A stretch of 64,000 nt of DNA from an uncultured delta proteobacterium (GCA_963740905.1 CAVUFY010000004.1:387735-451734), one strand, 5' to 3'. Shown: positions 46,818 through 56,682, counted from the stretch's first letter. Made by a program: numbers and translations. The notes: generated by a model from the letters alone, not told the origin.

Positions 46818-48582
46818 ATGGCTTTTGATGAATTCAAAGGGGCAATGTTCAGCCCGAAATGGAAGTGTTCGGAGAGAAAACATAGGTACATCGTCGAACG
46901 GGATGTCAGGATTGCTGTGAGCGACGGGACCAAACTCAATTGTGACCTCTGGCGGCCTGACAGCCAAGGCAAGTTTCCAGCGGTCCTGAGCTTCCACAAC
47001 TATCATTCCCATGGACAGACCGGACCTATCAAGCCTGCGGCTATATCCACGGCTCAGTGGCGCCATCCCGGTCAGGAAAGAACCAACGCTTCCCTGGAAA
47101 GCGGGGATCCCGTTTTCTTTGCTCGCCGGGGTTATGCGCACGTGGTCTGTAATGCTCGCGGAACCGGGAAGTCCGAGGGGAAATGGCACTTTACAGGGCC
47201 GCAAGAAGTCAAAGACGCCTATGACGTCATTGAGTGGATCGCAGCACAACCGTGGTGCGATGGCAACGTCGGCATGTTCGGGGTCTCTTACTTTGCCTGG
47301 ATCCAGTTGTTTGTAGCTCAGCTCAATCCGCCCCATCTGAAGACCATTTTCTGTCCCTGGGGGTCTACCGATTTCTATCGGGACATCTGCTATCGCGGCG
47401 GAATATTCGCATGCAAGTGGCCCATTGGCTGGAGCCAAACTTCCCTCATCTATGGAAACATCAGGCCGGAAAACTACTCCAAAAACGACCTCGGCGCGGA
47501 AGGGTACAGAAAAGCTATTGCCACATTGCTGGAGGACGAAGACATTCGCTCAGTCCCCGAGCTACCGAACATCCTGAAAAACCCGGAGGAAGGAGTCAAT
47601 CCATTCATTGTGGACTTAGCCCTTCATCCAGACCTATGACAAGTACTGGGAGGATCGCACCGTCGACTACAGCAAGATAAAGATTCCAGCTTACATCGGC
47701 GGCGACTGGGAGTGTTTCGGCATACATCTGCCCGCCGCGTTTCGGAGTTGGGAATACCTCAACGTCCCCAAGAAGATGATCATAGGTCCTCCGGTCTACC
47801 TTGACCGTCCCCTCTATCAGCTTCAACATGAAGCGGTCCGATGGTTCGACTACTGGATCAAAGGGATTGACACAGGGATCATGGAAGAGCCGCCGGTGCG
47901 TGTCTTCGTCATGGGTACCGGTGAGTGGAAGGCCGGAAACGATTGGCCTTTTCCGGAGACAAAGTTCACCCCCTTCTTCCTCCATGAGTACGGTCTCCTG
48001 AGCGAGCACGAGCACTGGAGCTACGAGGGAAGCGATTCCTTCGAGGAATCTCCCTGGATGCGCGGAAGCCTCAAGTACATGACACCGCCGCTGGTAGAAA
48101 ACACGGAGATCGTGGGGCCCATCATGCTGAAGCTATACGCGGCCACCACCGATGTGGATGTGCACTGGATCATTTCGCTTATCGAGGTCGACGGTGAAGG
48201 AAACGAACGTCTCCTCACCAAGGGCTGGCTGAAGGGCTCTCACAGAGAACTCGATTCACAAAAGTCCAAACCCTGGGAGCCCATCTATACACATAAAAAG
48301 TCCGAGCCCCTCACACCGGGCAGAATCTACGAATTCGATATCAAACTGGTGGCTACGGGCAACCTGTTCAAGGCCGGTTCCAGGGTGGCGGTAAAGATCA
48401 GTTGCGTCGACGACGAGCCGAAGAATCCCCTTGAGCTTATCGGCACTGGAAGTCTTCGTAGGACAGCTGTTGCGAGGGTGACGGTTTTTCACAACGAGGA
48501 TTACCCTTCATATCTCCTCTTACCCATCACCCGAGGCAACCTATTGAATACCTATTTCTCGGGAGGCAAGTTTCCAGGCTAA
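46818..48582 (+). pseudogene. CocE/NonD (X-Pro dipeptidyl-peptidase S15) family hydrolase, split by a +1 frameshift between 47620 and 47639
   Basis: N-terminal alpha/beta-hydrolase part (ARGTGKSEGKW..., nucleophile GVSYFA) ends ...ALHPDL-TGA. The +1 frame continues YDKYWEDRTVDYSKIKIPAYIGGDWECFG...PPVRVFVMGTGEWK... through to the C-terminal jelly-roll domain. Confidence 0.75.
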
Positions 48583-48686
48583 TCCAGGCCGCAGGCAGCG
48601 AGCAAGAGATCTCCTCGGCCGCCATCGTTTTCTTATCAGTGTCCTTCGTGTCTGTGGCGAAAATCTTATTTTGGACAAGACTGACA

Positions 48687-49412
48687 TCAACTGATTTTCC
48701 GTGTCCGAGAGTTTGCTGCGGCCTGTAAATAGGCAAGAATCAGCGGGTGGGGATTCCCCGGCTTTGAAGCAACCTGGGGCAAAAAAAGTGTCGCCACGAA
48801 GAAAGGATGATCAGTGAGTTCCACGATCCGCACTTCTCCCTCAGGATCAACGCCCGTGATGTTAAGGTTTACGTTGTCGATCTTGTCTCGGAATACCGGA
48901 TTGAGGCCATAGTTGCAGAAGAACTGCTCCGTGGCTTTTTGCTCCCCGTAAGCGCGATGGGCAATCGAGCCTGACGCTAACTCTATCTCCTGAGTTTTGC
49001 CGACCAGAGAGCAGGCCAGCCTGCTGATAAAAAGGGTCGATGCCCCGGGCGCGGATTCTTCGTGCTCGGCATCCTTGATTCCCAACACGTTGCGTGCATA
49101 CTCTAACAGAGCATGTTGAAATCCTCCTCAGGTTCCGATAAACGGCAGTTTCCTCTCACGAGCGAAACGGATCGCCCGGAGCGCTCCGTCCATCCTCCTG
49201 TAAGGGCTTCCGGGGGAGCACCATAGGGCATCAAACTGCTCTAGGTTTTTCTGCCCGGTCTTACCCTCCAGCGACTGCGTCGGCAGCCATTGAAAATCAA
49301 GAGCGAATGACAAGGCCTTTGCGGCATGCTCCAAGCCTTCGTTGGTGGCCTTGTGGAACCGGAGACCCGGATTGTAATCCCCGATGATTCCCACCCTGAT
49401 TATCGGTTTCAT
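48687..49412 (-). CDS. CTP-synthase C-terminal (class-I glutamine amidotransferase)-related protein with in-frame UGA; candidate selenoprotein (241 aa if read through)
   Basis: Track ORFs 49128..49451 and 48687..49088 share one frame and are separated by one TGA (49128-49130) plus 13 sense codons. The joined sequence ...RFARERKLPFIGT-U-GGFQHALLEYARNVLG aligns with PyrG ...[28 protein letters not shown], placing the UGA on the nucleophile Cys. GGAGG lies 8 nt before ATG 49412. Confidence 0.6.
49097..49130 (-). promoter_or_regulatory. UGA codon plus SECIS-like hairpin
   Basis: UGA-GGAGGAUUUCAA-[CAUGCUCU]-GUU-[AGAGUAUG]: an 8-bp stem with one G-U pair. The apical loop starts 21 nt after the UGA with G as its first loop base. 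Confidence 0.45.
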
Positions 49413-49726
49413 GTTTTGTACCTCCTGGATTTGACGCTTAGTGCCTACCATACACGGTCGGCGTCTGAATTAAAACAGCAATCTCCTTGATTTTCATTCG
49501 CGAGTGAACTGATCTTGATCGGAACGACCCGCACTTCCCCGTTAAGGGGACCACTTTTTGCCGACCTCGATGGCGAAGCATGTCTTTTCGGCTCGGCTTG
49601 CGAGGATAAACATCTTGCAGCCGATAAACAAAAGGAATACAAGTATAAATCTGTGCGGTGAGAAGCGATAAAAGGATCCGCCTTTTCGATGTCACCGCTG
49701 GGGATTGTTTGCGAAGGGAATAGCTT

Positions 49727-52600
49727 ATGAAGAGAGGGTGGTTAATCGGCTTGGTGTTCGCCGGCCTGATCCTGTTCTGGTGGGCGTTTTCCATTTATCC
49801 CGACTGGCTCTGGTTCGGGAAACTTAACTATTCGTCGGTTTTTTGGACGGTGCTCGTGAGCAAATTTGGCTTTGGTCTTGCAAACTGGCTCCTTTTCATC
49901 CTTATCCTTGCCGTGAACCTTTACGTTGCCTCTCGTTTCAAGCCTCGATTTCCAGTCAAATCAGCTCTTGGAAGAGAAGCTGACTCCTACGGTCCACTGG
50001 GGATCTCCGCAAAATCGGGCGGTTTTCTTCTTGGAGCAATTGTGCTCGTGATCAGTCTCGTTCTTGCCTCAACGGGCTCCTCTGAATGGGATGTGATTCT
50101 CCGCTTCCTTCATCAACAACCCTTTGGCGGCAAGGACCCTATTTTCGGCAGGAATATAGCATTTTACGTGTTTTCTTTGCCTTTCTATCTCTTCCTCCAG
50201 GGCGACCTTCTTGCCCTGTTCATCCTTTCAGCCATCATCACGGTCGGGTGGTGCCTGAAGAACGGCGCCATTCGAGTGAGTAATCTGGAGGGATTCGGAC
50301 AGGCTGAAGGTAAACAGGCCGCCCCGCCCAAAATCGATGTTGACCCCCGGGTGATCAGGCACCTCATTTTTCTGGGAGGTATTGTCGTGCTGCTCCTGGC
50401 CTGGGGTTATCGCCTCAAGATGTTCAACCTCCTTTATTCGACCGCAGGGGCCGCCCCCGGGGCCGGCTACACCGACGTCCATGTCAATCTCATTTCATAC
50501 GGTGTAATGATTTTTGTTTCTCTCGCTTTTGCCTTGCTCCTCTTCCTCAGTGCCTTTAGGACCAGGACGAAACTGGTCTGGCTGAGCGGTGGAGTCTGGC
50601 TGGGAATGATATTGCTGCTTACTACCATTGTCCCCGTAGTGGTGCAAAAGACGGTGGTCAAGCCGAATGAATTGGCAAAGGAGTCTCCTTACATTAATTA
50701 CAATATCCACCACACCCGGGAGGCCTATAATCTGAACATGATTAACGAGGTCAGTTTCCCGGCGGGTGAGAAGCTGACCGCACAGAACATCAAATCGAAC
50801 CAGGCAACCATCAATAATATCAGGATTTGGGATGAGCGCCCCTTGCTGCAAACCTACAATCAGCTCCAATCAATACGGCTCTATTTTGAGTTCAACGACG
50901 TGGACGTTGATCGTTATCAGGTAAACGGTAGTTACAGGCAGGTGATGTTGTCCGGGCGGGAACTCAACGTGAACGCGCTTCCGCCTCAGGCCGACACATG
51001 GGTCAACAGGCATCTGATTTACACCCATGGTTACGGCTTGATCATGAATCCGGTCAACAAGGTGACGAGTGAAGGGCTTCCAGACCTCCTGATCAAGGAT
51101 CTGCCCCCTGTTATTGATTTTGACATGAAGATAGAGCATCCGGAGATCTATTACGGAGAAAAGACAGATGGGTATGTTCTTGTCAAGACCAAAACCGAGG
51201 AATTTGATTACCCCAAGGGCGACCAGAATGTTTACACCCATTATGAAGGAGCGGGAGGGGTCTCCATAAACTCATTCACCAGAAGGATCTTGTTTTCCCT
51301 GGAATTCGTGGACCCCCAAATACTATTCACCAACTCCCTGGGTCCCCAGAGCAGGATCATGTACAATCGAAGGATCGATAGGCGGGTACGGGCAATTGCC
51401 CCATTCTTGGATTATGACGGCGACCCCTACCTCGTTGTCTCAGGGGGAAGGCTCAAGTGGATTCAGGACGCTTACACCACTTCCGACATGTATCCCTATT
51501 CCACCCGGTCCTATGACTACTTCAACAAGGCCTTGAACTACGTCCGCAATTCGGTCAAGGTCGTTATCGATGCCTACAATGGCGATGTATCGTTCTACAT
51601 GATTGATCAAAAGGACCCCATCATAAAGACTTATTCGAGTATATTTCCGGGTCTGTTTAAACCCTTTAGTGAAATGCCCGATGATCTGAAAAAGCACATT
51701 CGCTATCCCAAGGATCTGTTCAAGATCCAGGCAAACATGTACAGCACCTATCACATGAAAGATGCGCAGGTCTTTTACAACCAGGAAGACCTCTGGCAGA
51801 CCCCTAATGAAATCTATGCGAGTAAGAGACAAAAAATGGAGCCCTACTACATCATAGCGCGGCTCCCTCAGGAAAAAAACGAAGAGTTCGTCCTGATGCT
51901 TCCCTTCACCCCTTCCAACAAAGACAATATGATCGCATGGCTCGCGGCAAGATGTGACATGCCCGATTACGGGAATCTGATTGTGTACAAATTGCCCAAA
52001 GACAAGCTCATCTTCGGTCCGATGCAGGTTGAAGCAAGGGTCGACCAGCAAACGAGTATTTCAAGAGAACTGACCTTATGGGGGCAGAGAGGTTCAAGCG
52101 TGATCAGAGGCAACCTTCTCGTTATTCCCATTGATGACAACTTTATCTACGTGGAGCCTGTATATCTGCAAGCTAACCAGCTTGGAGCGGAATCTTCTCC
52201 ACCTGGTCCTAATCAAGCGAGAGGGCCGAGAACGTCGAGGTCAACGGGTGCGGATGATTCAGCCGGAATGAGAGAGCAGGCTGTCACGGCGCTGCCGGAA
52301 CTCAAGAGGGTCATCGTTTCTTTCGGAGATCATCTGGTCATGAGCGAAAATCTTGAGAGTGCCATCTACGGTGTTTTAGGCGAAGCAGTCCCTACCCAAG
52401 AATCCGTCTCAACAGTCATCGCCCCCACGCTGCCGGGTGCTGTCAGCTCTGCGGTGTCAGAAGCCCTGGAACACTTTGAAAAGGCCAAGGCCTATTCGCG
52501 TCAGGGCAACTGGGCTGAATATGGGAAGGAACTGGAAACTCTGGAAAAGATACTGAACCAGATGGCCGCCGAAACGTCAAAGGCCCAGAAAAAACCATAA
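49727..52600 (+). CDS. UPF0182-family large membrane protein (957 aa)
   Basis: Multiple N-terminal TM helices and a large extracytoplasmic part. Remembered UPF0182 blocks are present (HLIYTHGYG, YYIIARLPQE, LLVIPIDDNFIYVEPVYLQA). Confidence 0.7.
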   Translation: MKRGWLIGLVFAGLILFWWAFSIYPDWLWFGKLNYSSVFWTVLVSKFGFGLANWLLFILILAVNLYVASRFKPRFPVKSALGREADSYGPLGISAKSGGFLLGAIVLVISLVLASTGSSEWDVILRFLHQQPFGGKDPIFGRNIAFYVFSLPFYLFLQGDLLALFILSAIITVGWCLKNGAIRVSNLEGFGQAEGKQAAPPKIDVDPRVIRHLIFLGGIVVLLLAWGYRLKMFNLLYSTAGAAPGAGYTDVHVNLISYGVMIFVSLAFALLLFLSAFRTRTKLVWLSGGVWLGMILLLTTIVPVVVQKTVVKPNELAKESPYINYNIHHTREAYNLNMINEVSFPAGEKLTAQNIKSNQATINNIRIWDERPLLQTYNQLQSIRLYFEFNDVDVDRYQVNGSYRQVMLSGRELNVNALPPQADTWVNRHLIYTHGYGLIMNPVNKVTSEGLPDLLIKDLPPVIDFDMKIEHPEIYYGEKTDGYVLVKTKTEEFDYPKGDQNVYTHYEGAGGVSINSFTRRILFSLEFVDPQILFTNSLGPQSRIMYNRRIDRRVRAIAPFLDYDGDPYLVVSGGRLKWIQDAYTTSDMYPYSTRSYDYFNKALNYVRNSVKVVIDAYNGDVSFYMIDQKDPIIKTYSSIFPGLFKPFSEMPDDLKKHIRYPKDLFKIQANMYSTYHMKDAQVFYNQEDLWQTPNEIYASKRQKMEPYYIIARLPQEKNEEFVLMLPFTPSNKDNMIAWLAARCDMPDYGNLIVYKLPKDKLIFGPMQVEARVDQQTSISRELTLWGQRGSSVIRGNLLVIPIDDNFIYVEPVYLQANQLGAESSPPGPNQARGPRTSRSTGADDSAGMREQAVTALPELKRVIVSFGDHLVMSENLESAIYGVLGEAVPTQESVSTVIAPTLPGAVSSAVSEALEHFEKAKAYSRQGNWAEYGKELETLEKILNQMAAETSKAQKKP

Positions 52601-52621
52601 TAACATACGAGGAGGAACCAA

Positions 52622-53719
52622 ATGGAAAAGGCGAAAAAGTTTATCCTGCTGGGAAGTATTTTTTTGGCCTTCGGATTCATGGTATACTCAATTGTCCTTG
52701 GCCAGGCGCTGGCGGCGTCGCAGATACGGCTTAAGTTCAGCAACTTCTTTCCACCCGCATCCGATCTGAGCAAAATCTGCGAAGCGTTCATCTCGGACAT
52801 CGAAAAACGTACGGACGGCAGGGTAAAGATCGCCTATTATCCGGGTGGCTCACTGCTCAAAGCTCCTGCCATGTTCATGGGCGTGGTGGAGGGAGCGTCC
52901 GACATAGGCTTTGCCTCCATTATGTATACTCCGGGCAGGATGCCCGTTACCGAAGTCCTCGGGCTGCCTTTAGGCTACCCCAATCCGTGGGTAGGTGGTC
53001 ATGTGGCCAACGACTTTTATAAGCAATTCAAGCCCAAAGAGTGGGACCCGGTTCATGTTCTCTGGATGCATTCCTCCGGCATCACCGTCCTGATGACCAA
53101 GCAGCCGGTGCACAAAATGCAAGACCTTAAGGGGCTGATCATAAGGGCTCCCGGCCGCATCGGTGAGGCAATCAAGGCGTTAGGCGGGACTCCTGCGCCT
53201 ACGGAGATGGGGGAAGTGTACGATGCGTTGTCCAAGGGCGTTATTCACGGCGTCTACACCGGCGTTATGGGACTTAAGGACTGGCGCTTCGCCGAGGTTG
53301 CCAAGCACACGACCCTATGCTGGGAGGTGAGCAGCATCTATCCATTCTACGTGGTGATGAACAAGAAGAGCTGGGACAAATTGCCCCAGGACATCAAAGA
53401 GATTTTCAATAAGGCCGCTGACGAGTATGAAGAGAAATTCGCGATGGTTTGGAACGGAGCGGAGGTCCGGGGCAAAGAATTCGGCGCGAAGTCTGGGGTG
53501 GAGTTCATCAAATTGTCCCGTGAAGAAGCAGCCTCGTGGCGGCAGGCGGTTAAGCCCGTGATAGCGGGATATGAAAAGGAAATGGTTGGCAAAGGGTTCG
53601 CAAACAAAGATGTGGCAAATTGGGTCGATTTTATAGAAGGAAAAATCGATTACTGGACGAAAAAACAGGCACAACTTGGGATCAAGTCTGCAACCGGTCC
53701 TGAAGAGGTCCTAAAGTGA
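52622..53719 (+). CDS. dctP: TRAP transporter substrate-binding protein
   Basis: Signal/anchor sequence, then IRLKFSNFFPPAS... in a DctP-family pattern. It starts 21 nt after the UPF0182 stop and is preceded by GAGGAGG. Confidence 0.85.
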   Translation: MEKAKKFILLGSIFLAFGFMVYSIVLGQALAASQIRLKFSNFFPPASDLSKICEAFISDIEKRTDGRVKIAYYPGGSLLKAPAMFMGVVEGASDIGFASIMYTPGRMPVTEVLGLPLGYPNPWVGGHVANDFYKQFKPKEWDPVHVLWMHSSGITVLMTKQPVHKMQDLKGLIIRAPGRIGEAIKALGGTPAPTEMGEVYDALSKGVIHGVYTGVMGLKDWRFAEVAKHTTLCWEVSSIYPFYVVMNKKSWDKLPQDIKEIFNKAADEYEEKFAMVWNGAEVRGKEFGAKSGVEFIKLSREEAASWRQAVKPVIAGYEKEMVGKGFANKDVANWVDFIEGKIDYWTKKQAQLGIKSATGPEEVLK

Positions 53720-53767
53720 AGCTCGCAGGCCGGAGGCAAATCCGAAAACGGAGGAAAGGTTCCCGCG

Positions 53768-54262
53768 ATGCTGGAGGAGATTAAGAGGATCAACCGTTCG
53801 GTCAGCAAGTTGTTTGAACGGGTGGGGATCGTTGCGCTCCTGTTCATGATCGGCGTGACGTGCGTGGATGCATTTGGAATTAAGGTTCTTCGCAGGCCTA
53901 TCACGGGCGCAATCGACCTGGTAATGCTTTGTCAGGTGGTGGGGATTGCGTTTGCCATCGCCTCGACACAAATCTTGGGCAAGCATGTCCGGGTCGATTT
54001 CTTTATCGACAGGCTGTCGGCAACGATGCAAGCGGTCGTCGATAGCGTTGTCTACTTTCTCCTGTTCCTCTTCTTCTGTTTGGTCGTATGGCGGTTATAC
54101 GTCCTCGCTCATTCCTTTCAGATAGCGAGGGAGGTTACCGCGACCTTGTATGTACCGCTTTATTTCTTCGTTTACGGAGCCGCTCTTGCCTGCGTTCCCG
54201 TGGGACTGGTTTTTCTGATCGAATTTTTGAGTTGCCTTGTGAGGGTGGTGGAAAGAAGATGA
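53768..54262 (+). CDS. dctQ: TRAP transporter small permease
   Basis: 164 aa with 4 TM segments, in a DctQ-like pattern (...GVTCVDAFGIKVLRRPITGA...). Confidence 0.8.
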   Translation: MLEEIKRINRSVSKLFERVGIVALLFMIGVTCVDAFGIKVLRRPITGAIDLVMLCQVVGIAFAIASTQILGKHVRVDFFIDRLSATMQAVVDSVVYFLLFLFFCLVVWRLYVLAHSFQIAREVTATLYVPLYFFVYGAALACVPVGLVFLIEFLSCLVRVVERR

Positions 54263-55563
54263 GCTTCATTACCATAGGGTTCATTGGAATCGGCATTCTG
54301 CTCCTCGTATTTTTCCTCAGGATGCCGATTTCCTTCGCCATGTTGCTGGTAGGATTCGCAGGCCTCGCCTGCCTGGACGGCTCGCAGGCAGCATTCTACA
54401 CCCTTTCCAGGGACATCTTCGACGATTTGTCTTCGTACCCTTTGACCGTCATCACCACCTTCATCTTCATGGGCACATTTGCATTCGCATCCGGAATGGG
54501 CACAAGACTTTACAAGGCGGCCTACATTTGGGTGGGACAATTGGGCGGCGGTCTCGTGATAGCGACCGTCCTCGCATGCGCCGGTTTCAGCGCCATCTGC
54601 GGGTCGAGCCCGGCCGCAGCAGCTACCATGGGAAAAATCGCGCTTCCGGAGATGAAGAAGTATCGGTATCTGGACACCCTGTCTACCGGCACGGTTGCCG
54701 CGGCCGGCTCTCTCGGTATTCTTATCCCACCCAGCACCGTATTCATCCTGTACGGTATACTGGTTGAAGAATCCATAGGGAAGCTGTTTGCCGCCGGGAT
54801 ATTGCCGGGCCTGCTGCTCACGTGTTTTTTTGTGGCGACAGTTGTATTTGTTTGTCGCCGCAATCCTGCTCTCGCTCCATCCGGTCCGCGCACCGGATGG
54901 AAGGAGAAGGTCAGGGCGATTCCGGCGGTTATTGAACCCCTCATTCTATTTGCATTCGTGGTCGGGGGTTTGCTAAACGGCTGGTTCAGTCCCACTCAGG
55001 CAGGGGCCATAGGTGCCGCGGGCGCCTTGATCATCGGTTTGGTCAGGAAAGACATTAACTGGAAAAGATTTGTCGAGGCCTGCGAAGACGGAATACGAAC
55101 ATCTTGCATGGTTATGTTTCTTATCACAGGGGGTACCGTGTTCGGCCATTTTCTGGCAGTGACAACCATACCCTTCGTGCTCGTGGATTGGGTAAAGGGC
55201 ATTCCCTGGCCCCCGGCAGCCATTGTGGGGCTTATAGCGTTTATGTTCTTCATAGGAGGCATGTTCATCTCCTCAATGGCTCTGCTCATGTTGCTCGTCC
55301 CTATCGTTCTCCCCGTTCTGGTCTATCTCAAAGTCGACCTGATCTGGTTTGGGGTTATACTCGTGCTCCTCACCGAGGCAGGTGTTATTACTCCTCCAGT
55401 TGGAGTGAATGTGTTTGTGGTTAAAGGCATTGCAGTGGATACCCCTCTCGAAAATATCTTCAAGGGAACACTTCCTTTTCTCGCCGCGATCGCTGCGTTG
55501 GTCATCATTCTGATATTTTTTCCTCACCTTGCGACCTTCTTGCCCTCGATCGTTGCTCGTTAG
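54259..55563 (+). CDS. dctM: TRAP transporter large permease (intact)
   Basis: MSFITIGFIGIGILLL...CGSSPAAAATMGKIALPEMKKY...ILIPPS... ATGA overlaps the dctQ stop. The track ORF start at 54088 is an upstream extension. Confidence 0.88.
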   Translation: MSFITIGFIGIGILLLVFFLRMPISFAMLLVGFAGLACLDGSQAAFYTLSRDIFDDLSSYPLTVITTFIFMGTFAFASGMGTRLYKAAYIWVGQLGGGLVIATVLACAGFSAICGSSPAAAATMGKIALPEMKKYRYLDTLSTGTVAAAGSLGILIPPSTVFILYGILVEESIGKLFAAGILPGLLLTCFFVATVVFVCRRNPALAPSGPRTGWKEKVRAIPAVIEPLILFAFVVGGLLNGWFSPTQAGAIGAAGALIIGLVRKDINWKRFVEACEDGIRTSCMVMFLITGGTVFGHFLAVTTIPFVLVDWVKGIPWPPAAIVGLIAFMFFIGGMFISSMALLMLLVPIVLPVLVYLKVDLIWFGVILVLLTEAGVITPPVGVNVFVVKGIAVDTPLENIFKGTLPFLAAIAALVIILIFFPHLATFLPSIVAR

Positions 55564-55745
55564 CGAAGCCGTCAAGTTTGAAGAGTATCCTGGGGCGGGG
55601 GAAAACGAGAGTCAAAGAAAACGACGAGGGGAGAGGCTTGCGGGAGAGCCGGGAAGAATGTCCAAGAAGAGCATGCCTGAGAATCGAGTATCCAAACTTC
55701 TCCACCGACCAAGACAAGGAATTTTCTCCCCGCGGCGGTCATTGA

Positions 55746-55934
55746 TTATTGTTCTTTTATTACTTCAAATTCATTCTCGTATAAGGCAAGTCCTCTCTCC
55801 GATTCTTGATCTTCGATTTCCACCCTGTAGCATCTTCCTTTGTAGAAATCGAAAGGCTCTTCTCGTATCACTCCGATTTTCCCGATCCACATGGGATCTA
55901 TTGTTGGAACACTTAATATTCGCACTTTGACCAT
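55746..55934 (-). CDS. Hypothetical small protein (62 aa)
   Basis: Clean ORF with AAGGAG 5 nt upstream of the ATG. No family recognised. Confidence 0.45.
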   Translation of the reverse strand: MVKVRILSVPTIDPMWIGKIGVIREEPFDFYKGRCYRVEIEDQESERGLALYENEFEVIKEQ

Positions 55935-56374
55935 TTCAACTCCTTGCCCTCTTCTTCGCGAGAGCGCGAAGATCGATCAAATTTTCCCCGCAAAATCGAG
56001 GATTCTGAAGCGGTGACTTTCCATAATGGCCGCTTCACTTTTGTGTAAAGATGTCCCAACTGGAGATTTATAGGTTTTGCCTAAGGCCGGGTTTTTCTAT
56101 CCGAATATGCAAATTGTGTGCTAGAAGCTCTCGCACATAAAAGGTAACAATTATGAGAGGTTATTCCCTTGCCTGGCGAGACAAATATGGCGCCTCCTGT
56201 AAAACAACGTGACAGGATGGAAAAAAAGGCGACACCTGAGCCGGTTGGTCACTTTCGGGAGTGCGGGTGATTTCAATCATCGTTTTCTGAGAAGCCGGGC
56301 CATAGACGAGGGCTTGGAGACGTCGAAATCTGAACCTGATTCATCTTGAAACCCTTCAGCGTAAAATGAGAGAC

Positions 56375-56450
56375 ATGTCAAGCAAACCAAGCATATTGGC
56401 CATTGTTTGATAAATCACAGGTATCAGATTAGCAAGAATTTGCTTGACAT
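56375..56450. repeat. Perfect 12-bp inverted repeat (ATGTCAAGCAAA ... TTTGCTTGACAT) with a 52-nt spacer
   Basis: Left arm 56375-56386, right arm 56439-56450. The right arm contains a TTGACA -35-like hexamer (56444-56449), with TAAAAC 16 nt downstream. The repeat lies about 230 nt upstream of the reductase-like operon. Confidence 0.8.
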
Positions 56451-56682
56451 CTTTTGAACAACAACTAAAACTGAACCAGATTCAATTTCGATGTCAACTC
56501 ATTTTCCGGGAGGGGACAAGACAAATATCAGACATGGCGGCGGTACCAGGTGAAGAAGTAGCGGAGAGAGAGTATTGATTGAATCGTTTGAAACCATCAG
56601 AAAGCGACGGTGAATTCAAGAGCGATAGAGACAATCCGTATGTTCCGGCTCCGAACACCGGGATACCGGATAGGAGGTTGAA

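Noticed and set aside
47634-47640. CUA-UGA-C at the hydrolase break resembles the prfB programmed +1 site (CUU-UGA-C).
   Set aside because: There is no Shine-Dalgarno-like stimulator upstream, and CUA cannot re-pair in +1 the way CUU does. The other three +1 breaks have no stop or slippery context. An indel, real or from assembly, is more likely.
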